A DNA stretch of 64,000 nucleotides from Takakia lepidozioides (lineage: Eukaryota > Plantae > Bryophyta). The first letter of the stretch is position 1; every line of letters begins with the position of its first letter. Shown here one piece after another: positions 23,166 through 37,655 of this stretch. Below the pieces are notes generated by a model. It did no database searches. It saw only the letters and a program-made list of their open reading frames with translations, and was not told where the DNA came from. The translations under genes were made by a program, and so were the position numbers. The DNA lies in assembly GCA_030704615.1 (NCBI GenBank), contig CM060734.1:29884001-29948000 (forward strand), given 5' to 3'.

Positions 23166-23623
23166 ACCGTGCAACGGGAAATCCAGTATACCACTGCAAA
23201 AGGATGTCGCATACTGGCCTGTATAGAGTATTCCGCGGTTTTACATGCCTTAACATTGGAATGAAGCTGACCCTTTTGCCGCGATTGAACCAATGGAGTC
23301 TGCACCAATACAGTCTGCAGTACTTCACAATTCTGTCTTCTTCGGGTATTCGCGGGGAAAGGTTTGCAACTGAACTGGGAAATAAGGTGCCGCATTAGGG
23401 TTCGCACGTGCAAAATTTCGGAGCGGTTTGGTGTTGGCGAAGGCCGCCTCTGCCAGTACCTACGACGATACTTGGAAATGCGGCGCCGCATTTCCTTGTC
23501 GGAGGTCGAATGAGGAAAGCAAGTTTTCGGAAAGCAGAAAACATGAACCCTCCAACATACAAAAATACATGCACGTGGAAGCAAGTGAACGATATAGTAA
23601 TATCTTAGTTCGAGCAAAACAGG

Positions 23624-24529
23624 TTACTGGTAGGCAAGACATATGTCGGACCTTTCTGTGGCCAGATTTTGAGGTACTGGCAGCAGTACAGTTCTACTAT
23701 CCGAAAAGGATGGGCGTACCATTGTATTGGGACCGCAAGCCAAGCTCACTGGTCCCCTGGATCCACGTCGGTGGTTCTTTGCAATGTGCACACTTGAAAG
23801 AACCCGCAGGAGCTTGGCTGGAGACAATGAATGGATGATGCGTTGTGCCAGTCCAATCCGTCCGTTTCTCCGCCTCCTTTGGAGAGAAAGTGGAAGCAGG
23901 TGGGATTGAGGCACCTCAGCTTCCCCGCACAGAGGACATATCGTACACGAACACCCATCAGCAATTTTCGTGCTACTGGTCTTCGTCACACACCAGGGGT
24001 GTCCGTTATGCTTTCGATCCATGTCTGTTAACCTCCCGGAGGCTTTCTTTGACGAAGAAACAGGTGGAAACTCGAAGATGACATTGCCATCGACTTCGGG
24101 AGGCAGAAAAGTTACCTTTCTGACTGGAAATTTGGCATAGTCGAGAGCAGCCAGCTCGGAGCGAGAACCATCGAGGTGATGTTGTCGTAGGAGCTGCACA
24201 ATGGACCGGGTTGGAGTTTGCTCGAGGGCACATTCGTAGCACCGACAGAGACGTCCATGCCGGATTTGAACGACCGTGTGGAGGACATGGGTACCTCAAT
24301 GCAATCATCTTCCTCGTCGGAAATGTCGAATACGTCCACACGAGAAGCTATGGAGGGTCTTGACGGTCCAGGTCGGGAATGATTATCGTTGCATACCTCT
24401 CTGTTGGCAGTGGCCGCCTCTCGGTTTCCGGACTCCTTTGTGGATGGTGTGGGCAGCGACTGATTCGGAAAGGGAATGGGCATTTCCACAGCTCGGTACA
24501 AGATGGTGTCTGACGGGGGAACGTGCCAT
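23624..24529 (-). pseudogene. Truncated gene with a GCM-like Cys/His Zn-binding domain (putative transposase N-terminus); its 5' part lies at ~22500-22699 on the plus strand
   Basis: Across frameshifts: LDYAKFPVRKVTFLPPEVDGNVIFEFPP...DMDRKHNGHPWCVTKTS...YVLCAGKLRCLNPTC...FKCAHCKEPP; no DDE core visible. Confidence 0.55.
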
Positions 24530-25110
24530 TCACACAGCCAACACAGCCCGTCACAGCCGCCACAGCTTTGCACAGCCCTACACAGCCCGACACAGCCAGT
24601 CATAGCCCGCCACAGCCTGATACAGCCAGTCACAGCTTGGCACAGCTGGGGAACAATTATCATTGGCAGGGAACGACGGTGGGGGAACGACATCTGAAAA
24701 AGGAACGTGTACTACAGGATGACGGTTAGTTAGGAAAGCGGTTAGAACAGCTTGTAGGTAGAAAAAGCGGAGAGCGGGGAGGTCTGGGGATCACTTCTTG
24801 GAGGACTTCTGGCATCACTTCTGGGAAATGAAGCGGAGAGCGCATCTCTGAGTAGAAAGAGGGAGAGCACGGAGTAGGAGGAGAACGATCTGTTGATGCT
24901 TGATGAATGCAAGCAGTAGAGTTGTAATGTAGAGCAGATTAGAGACTCCATGGCTTCAGCCTGATACTTGATAGATATTAATCTGATTCATACTTCATAC
25001 TCACACTGTGTAGAGAGATCTGAGTGAAGCTGTGGAATGAATGGATGAGTTGATGGAATCCGATAGATTGCTGAAGCAATCTGATACTTAAATACCAACA
25101 GTAAGGTAAC
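24530..25110 (+). repeat. Remainder of the copy C 5' LTR
   Basis: Reverse-complement homology to 58550-59100. Confidence 0.85.
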
Positions 25111-25176
25111 TAGCTAACATGAATACGGGAAGGAATACAAATAGGAAACACCCCCATGATACACTAGTTGTAGGTC

Positions 25177-25870
25177 ATGGACTGATTGTTCTGAGCGGGC
25201 TGAGTGCTTAGAGACTTCCAACTCTTCTATCTTGGAGTTCCCACCTCGGATAGCGAAGGGATGGGTGAGTAAAAGCCGCTTGACATTTGGCGACCATATT
25301 GGGGAACTGGGTCATGAACAACCAGATGTGACAGGCATCTGGTGGGATCATGGTGGTTGGAGAATTAAAGAATTTGATGTGAATCAAATTTCCTGTGGAA
25401 CTGAGAAAGGAAGATTGTCCAAATTCTTTCAGAGGTTCTTGGAATTGCGAGACGGTTGTAAAAAAAACATTCTTAAAAGAGTGCATGATGCTGACCCTGA
25501 ATGGGGTCTGGAGAAAGGAGTGATAAAGATTTATCAGGTGCCTGTAGAGGAAGAGCACGTTGGTTACCAACACTGGTTTATGTGATAACATTGCTATCCA
25601 TTAAGCGAGTAGAATTTGAAGGCTGGGAGGAAAGAAAGGTGAATGTTTATACTCATATGCATGAAGAGCTTGTACTGGTAAAGAATTGGATTCCAAAGGA
25701 TATTCTGTGGATCAAACTCACACCAAGAACAGCTTTTCAGACTTGTTTACCATATAGGTATATGGTAATGGAGACTTCTAGTATATCCTGAGGAACATTG
25801 AAGCTTGAGAGAAACCCAGGGCATATACGAGAGATATTACAGAAGAGAGTTTTGGTTATTGCCACATTAA
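25177..25870 (+). pseudogene. ORF0 of copy C (frameshifted)
   Basis: Homologous to 9795-10490. Confidence 0.85.
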
Positions 25871-25891
25871 AAGAAATGAAAGACATGGGAC

Positions 25892-28800
25892 ATGAGTGAT
25901 GAAAGAGAAGCTAGACTCCAGAGATATTCAGCAAAAAGAGAAAGTTATCTGAAAGCTAATTATCCATATCTTTGGGAGAGAGGAATAGACATAGGGGAAT
26001 CATCTGGACCTCTCACACCATTAAGATCAGAGAGTACATCACCCATACCGGAAGAACTAGAGTTGGATGCCACTCCTTCTTTTCTTTGCAAGAGAGATTA
26101 AGGGAATTGGTATGGGAGAAGATCAATCACGAGGTGAAAGATCTGAGGTACATCCCTGGATAAAAGATTTGACAAATCTTTGATAAGAGTTGGCATGGAA
26201 CACAAAAGCAGGAACTCCAGTTTCTGAAGCGGAAGGAAAGAAGGAGGAGAGGATGTGGCAGAGCCAACGGAGAGTTCAGACTCTCCAACACCATTGCAGT
26301 TGAGTTACATGAGTGAAGAAGAAACCCAAGGGCAGAAACTTGGAGGATGAAAACAGAGAGAAGAAATTGGAAGAGGAAGAGTATAAAGAAGTAGACCCAA
26401 CAGCTGAGGTTGAGACTACAACTAGGACATCCCAACCTGTTGGACCTGGATCAAGTGGAGCACTTGGCACAGGCCAACGAAGGTGTCGGCTCAGGGGATC
26501 AGGCGGGCTGCCTGGATCTGGCTCTGGGGGACAGGGAGTGTGGGAAGTAGTGCAACTAGAGCTGGGAATACTGTGAATATCGTGGGGCCAGTAGCAGGGA
26601 GTGCTCAGGGGCCACCACTTGGTGGAAGATCACAACTACAACAGGTCCTCAAGGACCAGCACCAGCAAGGGTGCCAGCACCTGTCAGTGGGCAGAAGGAA
26701 GGGCCACAGATGGTGTTACAACCAACACGGGCAAAACCACCTTTTCCAATATATTCAGGAAAAGAGGATCCCGATGTACACATTAGCCAATTTGAGCACA
26801 TATGTATAGTGAACAATGAGAATGGCGATGATGCCAAGATGAGATTGTTTCCTTGTTCACTTATCAAGAAAGCAAGTGAATGGTATGCAAGATTCCCTGA
26901 TAATCATTTCATAACCTGGAATGGCTTGAATACAGCATTCCGAAATAGGTTCAGGACAAGTAAAACTGAGGATGAAGTGTATGAAAGTTTACAACAGTTA
27001 AAGCAAAAGAAGCATGAAACTGTTGAGGAGTATATGGAAAGATGGAATTGATGATGAAAAAGCTGGCTGCTGTACCAGCACCAGGTTTACAGAAGACTTG
27101 GTTTGTGAGTGGACTAAGACCAGAGTTGCAGAAGAAAGTGGATATGTTACCCCATAATACAGTGGAGGAGGCATTTGAAACTGCAAACATAATTGAGCAA
27201 TTGGGAATGCTCAGGAGAGAGAAAAAATGATGAGGACTCTGAGGATGAGTCAGATGAAGAAGAGGAGCAAGAACTGAAAAGGAAGAGTAAGACAAAGGAG
27301 AAGTTGAAGAGGGATAACTATGAGAAAAGATTAGAAGAAATCTTGAAGAAGTATGCCACAGAGGCTGCAACACATTGGAGGAAGGTGTTTGGTGTGCAAA
27401 GTGCTATAATGAAGGCCATACCACCACTGAATGCCACATGAAGGAGAAACACTGTACTATCTGTAAATGGATAACCATTCTACTGAGAATTGTTACTACA
27501 ACAGAAGGACAGCTGCAAGAGAACCTAGGCAAGTAAGGGTGCATCAAGTGCAGCCCCAGCCAAGAAGAAACACTGATCAGGACCACTATGGTAGGCCTGG
27601 TGGTTATAACAATGGCATGGAAGGGAGGGGTAATTCAAGAGGGAATTACCAAGGAAATTCTAGAGGCAACTATCAGGGTAATCCAAGGGGGAATTACCAG
27701 CCAGGGAATCAGGATTACAGAAATAATCGAAGAGCAGACCAAGGGCGAGGACCCAATGGTGAAGAACTGTGTTACTATTGTAATCAGCCAGGACATCGCA
27801 AGGAAGCCTGTTCATTCTGGATTAGACACCAGAATGAGATGAGAGCTCCTGTGAATGAGGGCCCAGTGGTGGCAGCTCACATGGTTAGGCCATGTGTTGT
27901 ACCAGAAGTAAGTACAATGATAGTAACAAGAAGCAAAGCCAAACTAATACCTCCAGTAGTTGAGGAAGATGATGATAATGAAGATGGCAGTGATATGCCT
28001 AAAGATGATGCTTGGAGAGATGAGAAGGAACTGCAGGAAGTGGCAGATACATAAGGGAAATGCAGAAGAATGACTGATTCCTGTGGCAGATTCCTCTGAT
28101 TCTGATGGAGAAGAAGAATGAGTGAGGATGAAAGGAAGAAAGAAGTTGCAGACATGCAAAGTAATGAAGGGACTTTGGCTGAAGTAATATGCCAGACCAA
28201 AGCAGAGATTACCATTGGACAACTATTGGCTGTGGCACCTTATTGTAGACACAGGCTGTATCAAGCAATCAATCGAACTGCCCAGGAGACAGGAAACACA
28301 GACCTGAACAGCAAGGTGACCAGTTATAATGTGAAGCCGGAAGGGCGAGAAACAGTCATGGACTTTGATGATTCTATGCCAGTAATCCAATTGAGAATTG
28401 GAAGCACAGAACTAACTGATGTACTGATAGATGGAGGCTCTGGAGTAAATATCATGACAGACCAATTAAGGAAGAAGCTTGTTCTAAGTAACATGAAACC
28501 AGCCCCATTTACAGTAACAATGGCAGATCAAAGAAGTGTACAGCCATTGGGATTAATAAGTGGAGTTAAGATACAGATACAGAAGATGATCTTTATGATC
28601 ACAGTAACTATGTTGAAGATGGATGAAGTCATGGAGGCTTACTCCTTATTATTGGGACGTCCGTGGCTGAAACAGGCCAGGGTATTCCATGACTGGAATT
28701 CTCAGTTACTAACTGTGCATAATGGGATGCACGAGATACAAATTACCACTAAGACATCTAGTAGATTACCTGCTACAAGAAGACCTCGAGGGGTCAGAGA

Positions 28801-30189
28801 GTATGACTGGAGGGGAGGACTGGATGAAGAGCAGGAAGCTACCCTGTTCGCTGCACACCCAGAGTGGGAGCAGGTTGCAGAGATGTGGCTGGAAGGCCTA
28901 AGTTGTTTAAGAGGTATCTGCTGTGGTGTAGTGTCAGCAACACCAATTGAAGAGGAAACCAGCAGTTATCCATCACATTTCTATGAAGAAAGAGAAGGAG
29001 AAATGGAAATCCTAGAGGAACCAGCCATTGTGAGTTTACAGGATGGAGTGGTGACTGGTTGGACAATCATAGCTGATGAGCAAGTGAGGGAAGTGAATGT
29101 GGGAACTGAAGAGGAACCGAGGATGGTGAATAGGAGCTGATTTGGAGCCAGAATTCTTTGAAGAAGCTAAGAGTTTGTTCATCAAATACAGAGATGTATT
29201 TGCTTGGAGCTACGAGGATCTAAAAGGGATACCACCTGAAATCTATCAGCATAAGATTGAACTGGAACTAGGGTCAGTACCAATCAAGCAAGCAAGGTAC
29301 ATAATGAATCCCAACTATGCACAGAAGGTTGGAGAAGAGATCAAGAAGTTGGCTGAGGCTAAGTTTATATACCCGATAGAGTATACGACTTGGTTGTCAC
29401 CCATTGTGATAGTTCCTAAGAAGAATGGGAAACTAAGAGTTTGTGTGAACTATAAGAAGTTGAATGCTTGCACGAAGAAAGATCATTTTCCTTTACCTGT
29501 AGTGTGAAAAGAAGGGGCGTGAATCCCCTTCTGTATAATTCTAATTGTGCTCCCCTCCATTCTAAGCGGAGCAAAAGAAAGATACGTTCTTCTAGTCTGT
29601 CCAACTGTCGTCACTTGGCTGTGGGTTTCCCTCAGGTCCTTCGTGATCAGAGTTCAAGCAATCCTCATCCACGCCGCAGCGGAAGAGAAGACATGGATGG
29701 GGAGTCAATTTGTTGTTCACTCTTGGTTCTACCTTTTACACAACATCCCCTACCTGCAGGTACAGCACCAGCCCTGCTGCCATGATGTATTCAGCGATGC
29801 AATCAGCCCTATGTCAGTGATGAAACACTGCCCTTGTGGGCAGTTCCCTTAGTCAGCAACACGTCGGAAGCCCCTTTCAATTTGTAATGAGAGCTCGGTC
29901 TAGGTGGATGGGCAACTCAGATCTGCCATGGACTGCAGGCCCACTAGTTTGACCATTCAGGGTTCATGTCTTCTTGACCTTACCTCTCCTTTTTATCCAT
30001 CTCTCATCACCCTTTCTCCCTCTTTCACTTTTTCTTTCTCTCACTCTCTTTTTCTCCTTTGTGTGTGATTCCCTCACTTTTCCACAACAACACGTCTACA
30101 ATGCAATGCAATGCACATCCAGCTAGGCATCCAGTGCTTCCATCATTGAAGTCAACCTCTGTCACACGAGATATGATCTGCCCTTCCGT

Positions 30190-30228
<39 letters not shown>

Positions 30229-33200
30229 ATGACTGGTCCTTGCTCTGCCCTTCTCTCAGTGGATGCATTTGGCCAAGGTGCTTCACAACCCTTCTACAGA
30301 TCTCAAATCACACCCCTGTCAGCTCTCTTTTTCTCCTCAACTGCGAACTTCAGTCATTCAATGTTTGGAACACCTCTACAAATCAGATCCACACCCCAAA
30401 ACAGTATTGACCTTCCTTCCCATCCACATCATCCCTTCTCAAGGTTCTAGCATCCAGGACCGCCTTGTTTTGCTGGCTGAAGACACAAAAATAAGGAAAA
30501 GGAACACAACAACAGCAACCATCCTAACCCTGAGATGAGATATCCCTGTCCCCTCTCATTTTCCTAATGACAGTGAAACAACAGGTGCATCCATCTCCAC
30601 ACCATCCTGGTTTGAATTCCAGTGCCTTCATTCCATTCTCCAAAAGCTCTCTACTCCTCACATTTCTGTCCCTTTCGATAGAAACAAGAGACAGTTCCAA
30701 AAACTTCACACATTCATTCCTAAGTGCCAAAAAAAGGAAGCCAACACTCTTCGAACTTATCTGTCTTATACTCATTGAAGCGGTGGGTCTGCCTGTCAAG
30801 AAGGCACCTTGTCATCTCCCTCGTCAGCCATTTCTGACGTTTCTTCTTATCGTGATTCCAGTCCTCATTAAGGCATGACGGCTCTGCTTCAGCTGCTGGC
30901 ACATCCTTGTGCCTGCCAACCTCTACCCTATCCTTCTTCATGTGCATTTCTTCCCTATGAAGTGATCTGGTCCTACAGCTCTAAAACAGACAGCAGCTAC
31001 AAGATTTGATCATAGACAACCTGAGGCGCTATACACACCAGCCTGCACTTCTCATCCCCCAACACCTGCTGAGCCGCTCTATCTCCTCATTAATGTGCTC
31101 ATCAAGACAATGGCGACAGCAGTGGTGCACCGCCCTTATCACAAACCTGATCCCTCAGGTTTGATCATTGCTTACGTAGAAGGCGGCACCGCTTCTTCTT
31201 GCACAGAAAGCCAAGCAGGAGCTCTTAACGTTTCTCTTTAAAGCAAGCTGATACCCTTTGCGTAGGTGGAACTTTCTCAGATATCCTGTGCTGCCAACAC
31301 CACTGCAGCAGCTGCGAAAAGATGCACGCACTCTTCCCCTTCGAATTTCACATCCTGCTTCTAGGGTTCAACATCATGGATGAAAATCATTCATCCTAGG
31401 GATGAAAAAGGTGCATGTCATAACCTAGCCATATTTTGTTCTTGGCAGATCAATAGCATAGTTTTTCCATGGAATTACCTCAAGTTATGGACAATTCCTC
31501 CCCTTCATTAGCACGAAGGGCACTCCCTTTGTAGTAGTGCCGAAACCTGATGCCAACCTTTCACTGTTACTCCCCTGCATTCACACTACATACCATTCAC
31601 AGAAGCAGTATTGGACACTGTGGCAGGCCATGAGATGTACTCATTCATGGATGGCTTCAGTGGTTATAATCAAGTGCAAGTGGCAGAAGAAGACCAGGGA
31701 AAGACAACTTTCATAATAGACTGGGGTGCTTATGCATACAAAGTCATGCCCTTTGGACTTTGTAATGCACCAGCAACCTTTCAGAGAGTGATAAGTGAAT
31801 CTTTTCATGAGTATCTGGATGATTTCATGCAGGTATTCTTGGATAATTTCAGTGTGTATAGCTCTAAGAATGAGCACTTGCATAAGTTGGAGTTATGTCT
31901 GGCTAGATGCAGAATGAGAGGTCTGGGCCTGAATCCAGAGAAGTGTACTTTCTGTGTGAACTCATGGGTGCTTCTGGGACACATTGTGTGTAAGAGGGAC
32001 TTCTTGTGGATCCCAGGAAGACAAAGGCCATTAAAGCCTCTCCACCACCAGTAAATGTTAAGAGTCTAAGGAGATTCCTTGGGCAAACCAGTTATTACAG
32101 AAGATTTGTCAAAAGGTATGCACAGATAGCAGCACCATTGAGCAAGCTTTTGAAGAAAGATGTAGTGTTTGCATGGACAGCTGAATGTCAACAGGCTTTT
32201 GAGGAACTTACATTGTCAGTAACAACTACACCTGTGCTGATTAACCTCACTGGCATGTAGTATTTCATGTTCACTGTGATGCCTCAGGAGAAGCGTTGGG
32301 AGCGGTGTTAGCCCAGAATGTTACAGGAAATATAGATTCACCTGTGTACTATGCCAGCAGGTTGATGAACAGTGCTGAAAGGAACTATAGCACAACTGAA
32401 AGAGAAGCACTGGCAATGATTTATGCAGTCAAGAAATTTAGGCATTACCTATCGGGAAGAAAGTTTATGTTTAATGTGGATCACCAGGCTCTGATATATC
32501 TGGTGAACAAACCTTTGATAAGTGGAAGGATAGTGAGGTGGTTAATAATCTTGCACGAGTTTGAGTTCAAAGTTGTTTACAAGCCTGGCCGTTTGCATCT
32601 TGTGGCAAATCATTTGCCACGACTAACAACAGGAGAAGCCGCCACAGGAGTAGACGATCAGTTACCTGATGCGAGTTTATTTGTAATGGAGGTGCAAGGA
32701 AGTGCAGATGAATGTTAGATTGGCAGTGGCCAATCAAATACTACCTTACTCATGGTCAGTGCCCACCTAGTTATGGTAAGGAGCAAAGGAAGAGAATCGC
32801 TATCAAGGCTCTACCTTATACTATGGTAGGAGGCAGAATGTATAAGCTAGGACCTGATGGAGTACTTAAACGATGCTTGTATCACCATGAAGTAAATAAA
32901 GTTTTGGAGGAAGTTCATAAAGTGGCTGGAGGTCATTTTGGAGAAGAGACTACCAGTAGGAAGATACTACTGGCAGGTTACTGGTGGCCTACTTTGTTCA
33001 AAGATGTACACAAGTATTGTCAGAGTTTGTGATGAATGTCAGAGGCTAGGACCTTTGCAGAGATCTGGGAAGATGGCTTTGCATCCTACATGCCTACGGA
33101 ACCATTTCAGAAATGGGGACTAGACTTTGTTGGACCAATTAACCCACCAGCCAAGAATACACAGAACATGTACATAATTACAGCCACTGATTATACTACG

Positions 33201-34037
33201 AAGTGGGTGGAAGCTAAAGCTTTGAGGGACAACACAGCCAGTCCACAGCAAGGTTCCTGTATGAGAACATACTTACACGATTTGGATGTCCCTTGGAATT
33301 TATCAGTGATCAGGGAAGTCACTTCATTAATGAGACCATTGAACTATTGACTAAAGAGTTCATGATTGTGCATAGGAAGAGTACAACATATTACCCACAG
33401 GGTAATGGGCAGGCAGAGGCTACCAACAAATACTATGTACTATCTTGGCTAAGATAGTCAATGCAAACAGAACGGATTGGGATACAAAGTTGCTGACAGC
33501 TTGTGGTCATACAGGACTTCATATAAAGTCACCACTAAGTATACACCATTCCAATTAGTTTATGGTATGGAAGCTTACTTCCAGTGGAATTCCTGTTACC
33601 TACCATGAGAACGGAATGGGGAAAGAGAATGGAATTGGAAGATTCAATTAAGATGAGGAAACATGAATTATACCATGTGGAAGAAGTACGTGCTGATGCA
33701 GCTGATAACATGACCAGAATTCAGATGAAGAGAAAGGAACAGTTTTGATGAAGGCAAGTTAAAGACTTTTAAGACGGAAGATTTGGTTCTCTGGTTGCAG
33801 AAGAAGGGAAAGATTAAAGCTTCTAAGCTTAAATCACCATGGAAAGGACCTTATGTCATACAGAAGATGTATGATAACAACACCGCCATGTTACAAACCA
33901 TTAACAAAGAGATGCTGGGAAGAGTCAATGCCAATAAGTTGAAGGGGTACAGTGGTATCCATGACAAACCATTGCAGCATGATTTGCATGTTGAAACGCT
34001 AGAGCAGTCACGGGCTGCGCCAGTGATACCAACGTAG
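25892..34037 (+). pseudogene. gag-pol of copy C (multiple frameshifts and stops; solo LTR inserted at 29498-31590)
   Basis: Colinear with copy A gag and pol. Confidence 0.93.
29498..31590. mobile_element. 2093-bp solo LTR of an unrelated family (or a non-autonomous TIR element)
   Basis: tgtagtgtgaa...ttcacactaca 11-bp inverted ends (TG..CA); 4-bp TSD tacc at 29494-29497 and 31591-31594; RT coding sequence resumes exactly; internal (CT)n at ~30193-30226. Confidence 0.85.
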
Positions 34038-34835
34038 TATGGAGCACTTGTCGCTAGGCCGAGCGTATATGACCAGGGCGGACAGTACAAGGGCGACACA
34101 GCCTATCACAGCCATCACAGTGTGGCACAACCTATCACAGCCCAAACGGCCAACACCTATCAACAGCACGGCCCAACACAGCCTATCACAGCCCCATCAC
34201 AATATCAGCCTATCACAACCCATCACAGCGTGACACAACCTATCACAACCTACCACAGTGCGACACAGCCTATCACAGCTTACCACAATGCGACACAGCC
34301 TATCACAGCGTACCACAGTATGACACAGCCTGTCACAGCTCGACACAGCCTACTGGGGTTACACAATCCATAGGATCAGTGACAGGTGGACATGGGTTAA
34401 CATCCGGAGAGTGGCCGGCGGAAAAGGGGACGGAGGCCACGTTAAAATAGACACGTGGACGCCAGGGCGAGACACACAGCCGGACATGGAGTGCAAAGCC
34501 AAGTGTCATCAAGGAAGAACAAAATTGGCCGTCAAGTACCTACCCGACACATTAACTTATTATGGGCCCATTAATGCATACAGGGAAAGGGTAACGGAAC
34601 CCTTTAAAAGTACCGAAAAGCAAAAACCATGTCACATGTGCTATCCTAGTGGACAGTCCAGAGTGGAAAATCCATGGAAGGAAATTAAATCTAAAATCCA
34701 GTCACAGCAGTTACAGCCAATCATAAGCACGAAGCAAGATCAAGAAATTGGAGGGATTTTAAGCGCAAGATTCGGCGTCGTTCCAAGTAACGGCGTCTCG
34801 ACGGGACAGACCATCAATGCTATAGCTTTGAAGCT

Positions 34836-37655
34836 ATGGAGGACTAACAGACTATACGCTCGCGATACTACTTACGCAGTGGCACGGGGATAGAAGAACA
34901 GAGAGTATCTTTTCTCTTAATCGATGCTTGCAAGCCCCGCATGCTTACAAGAAATTACCCGTAGCATTGTGGCAACCATACGTTTATGCTTTGTGCCTTG
35001 GCAGGCATTTCTTCAATTGTTTACAGCCAAAACCTTCTGTGGGTCTAGAATGAAGAGAGTGAGAGGAATGGAAGAAATAATGGTGAAGAGCACCACAATC
35101 CTGCAGAAACAAACGATTGCTACTCCACAGGCAGTACAGTTACTGAAGGAGCTGCGATTAGAAGGATTGCAAAGCAAAAATTGGACATTGCACCATAGGC
35201 AGTACATGTTACAATTCTTGCAGAACTTTGAACCTAGGACAGGAGCAACAACGGTGAAGGGAGTTGAATTAGAAGTTACTCCCTATACCTACATCAATTG
35301 TTTGAATTGCCATCAGGTCAGGTGCATGTGGAGGAGCACAGGGCAAGACTGCAAATAGGGGACTTATTCCAAGAAGGGTTTCTTTAAAACTCAGGTTATG
35401 CTTGTACCAAGGGCCGTGTACCTAGGGCTAAGGGAGGTAGGCCAGGTATTGAACGTTCTATTTGCCATGAAACAGAACCAACAGTATTTGAGCAGATCCT
35501 TCACAGAGGAAATACTCAAAGCCCTTAGAGGATAAGAGGTAGCATGGGCGGACATAATGTACAACGGACTGGTAGAGGAGATGAAGGATTACAAGGCACT
35601 GCCGCAAAGTCTCCTATCATAGTGTCTGGGCCAATCATTACACAAATTATTCTAGACTCGTGCATACTTGATGCGAGAGAAAGGAAGGAGATGTGAGTGT
35701 TTGAGACAGCAACCACTGCCATAGAAGAGCAAGGTTCTTCCACAAGGTGAAGGGGGATTGGCAGAGCATCACAACACCTAGAGGTAGAGGAAGCAATCAC
35801 ATTAGAAACAGAACCATTGGCTACGAGACAGCCAGAGAAGAAGTTACTCATACTCTTGTGCAAGGGGGCACAACAGCACAAGAGAGTGGGGTACAAACAC
35901 GCAACCTGTGGAAGAGAACAAGGTTACTTCAGTATCACAGCCATCACAGCCAGATATCGGCTTGTCACAGAGTTACCACAAATTGTCCATGCAGTTCCAC
36001 CACAAATAATTGATTTGGAGAAAGAAGGGTTAGATATCCCCACTACAGAATAGGTGGTGGCAGAAATTGAGAAGGGGGACCTTCTCTATGAAAATTCTGG
36101 TTTGTCAGGGAAACAGTGACTCCGGAGTGCAGCGGTTGTCCAGGGGAAACCCTGCTATTGTTGTAATACCCACACCTCTGACGGAGGTACCACAGGTAGA
36201 ATGCCAAGACACTGCAGCACCTGTAGCGGATGAGGTGGTTTCAGGAAGAAAATCTGGTGGGGCAATGGCCTGAATGGTTCGTGAGGCTCACACTGTTGAG
36301 GATCAGGAGAAATCAGCAAGCTCACCATGATGACCCTCAACAGGCCATGCTTATGAGTTCCATAACCAGGACACTTAATTTGTTGGGCACTTATGTCAAA
36401 TCCCATGTTCCAACTACCCAATTGGCAGCTTTGAGGGAGGAACTCAGGAAGGAGTTTGAAGCTCGACTTGCCACTGATGTGCAAACAAGGTCGATGAGGA
36501 GGTCACTCTCAAGATCAAGCAAGACTTAGAGAGTACAGACTGCTTTGCAATTGGCCAAGGAACATTGATTGAGGCAGGCCTCGCGCAGACCAGTTTGCAC
36601 GAAGCACATAAGCAACGCATACCAAATGCAGGTGAAGCATGAAAGCAAGTTGCAAGAATGAATGCACTATATACGGAGTTGCAGACGTAACATGACAGGG
36701 ACAGTGCATGACAGGATGGCCATACAATGTGCTACACTCACAACTACGCTTGAGCAAACTACATTAGAAGTTAACAACCAAGCGGAAAAGATGTATAAAG
36801 GCACAGACAGATAATGTCGAGCAGACAAATCATTATTGATATGATGAGAATACAATCTGTCGCAATGAGAATACTTTCAAGCAATACAGGCAGGTTGAAG
36901 CTACCCAAGAGAGGTACATCCTGGAATTGCAACAAACGCTCATGTCCAATAGAAATGAACTCTCTGTGGCTAACAAGGCTTGGAAGGAGGCCAATAATAT
37001 GGCTGCTGCCTATGCGAGTTTGGTTGAACCTCATGCGAAGCGCATGGAGGCTTTACAGCAGCAGTTAGATATGTACAAACTCAGAGAGGAGCAGACTCTC
37101 AGAGGTACCACAACCAACTTGGTGGATAACCACCTTCTGCAGGTCTGGTTAGCACAAGGACGGTGGAAGGCAAAGCACCACGGAAGCTCACCCAAGGCGA
37201 GATGAATGAGCTCAGACTGCAGGTGCAGAACATTGCCACAACTACTATAGACAATGTCTATAGTAGAATAGCGGAGTTACAGGAAGATGTAGACGGCCTG
37301 CAGACTCAGGTGGAGGACCTCACTTCAAATATCGAACAGAGAGTTTTTTATCTGAGGAGCAGCTAATGGCTTCTTATTTACAAGCCAGAACTCTAGCTTT
37401 TCAGTCTTCTTCGCAGGGGTTGCAGGAGATGCCAGTGGTGCAAGAGCCAGTGCTACCAATACCACAACAAGTGACTGTGCCAGTAGCTGACCCAATTGTT
37501 ACTACAGCCACACCACAGCCGCCACAACCTGAGGTATGGGGGGATGCTGCTTTCAACCCACCTAAAACTACCTTACACGGGAGTACAGTCGGGCTATGAT
37601 AATGCCCTTCAACCAAATTCCAATTGTGTTGGATTTGGCTTGGAATTTAGTCCTC
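34836..37655 (+). pseudogene. 3' ORF of copy C, degenerate and truncated
   Basis: Homologous to 1-2778 and 59343-62970. Confidence 0.85.

Larger units (their letters stand above)
14564..24529. mobile_element. DNA transposon 1 (~9.8 kb after un-inverting 22695-24529), Mutator-like or unclassified, with CATGAGC-rich TIRs
   Basis: Ends gggggctgctatttcatgagc (14564) and gaggtttactatttcatgagc (22896, inside the inverted block); 8-bp TSD ctctgggg/ctgtgggg in LTR sequence. Confidence 0.75.
14516..37655 (+). mobile_element. Gypsy copy C (degenerate), interrupted by DNA transposon 1 in its 5' LTR and by a solo LTR in RT; 3' end deleted
   Basis: LTR start tgttagaggg at 14516; LTR remainder at 22700-22895 (inverted) and 24530-25110; ORF0, gag, pol and 3' ORF follow. 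Confidence 0.9.
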
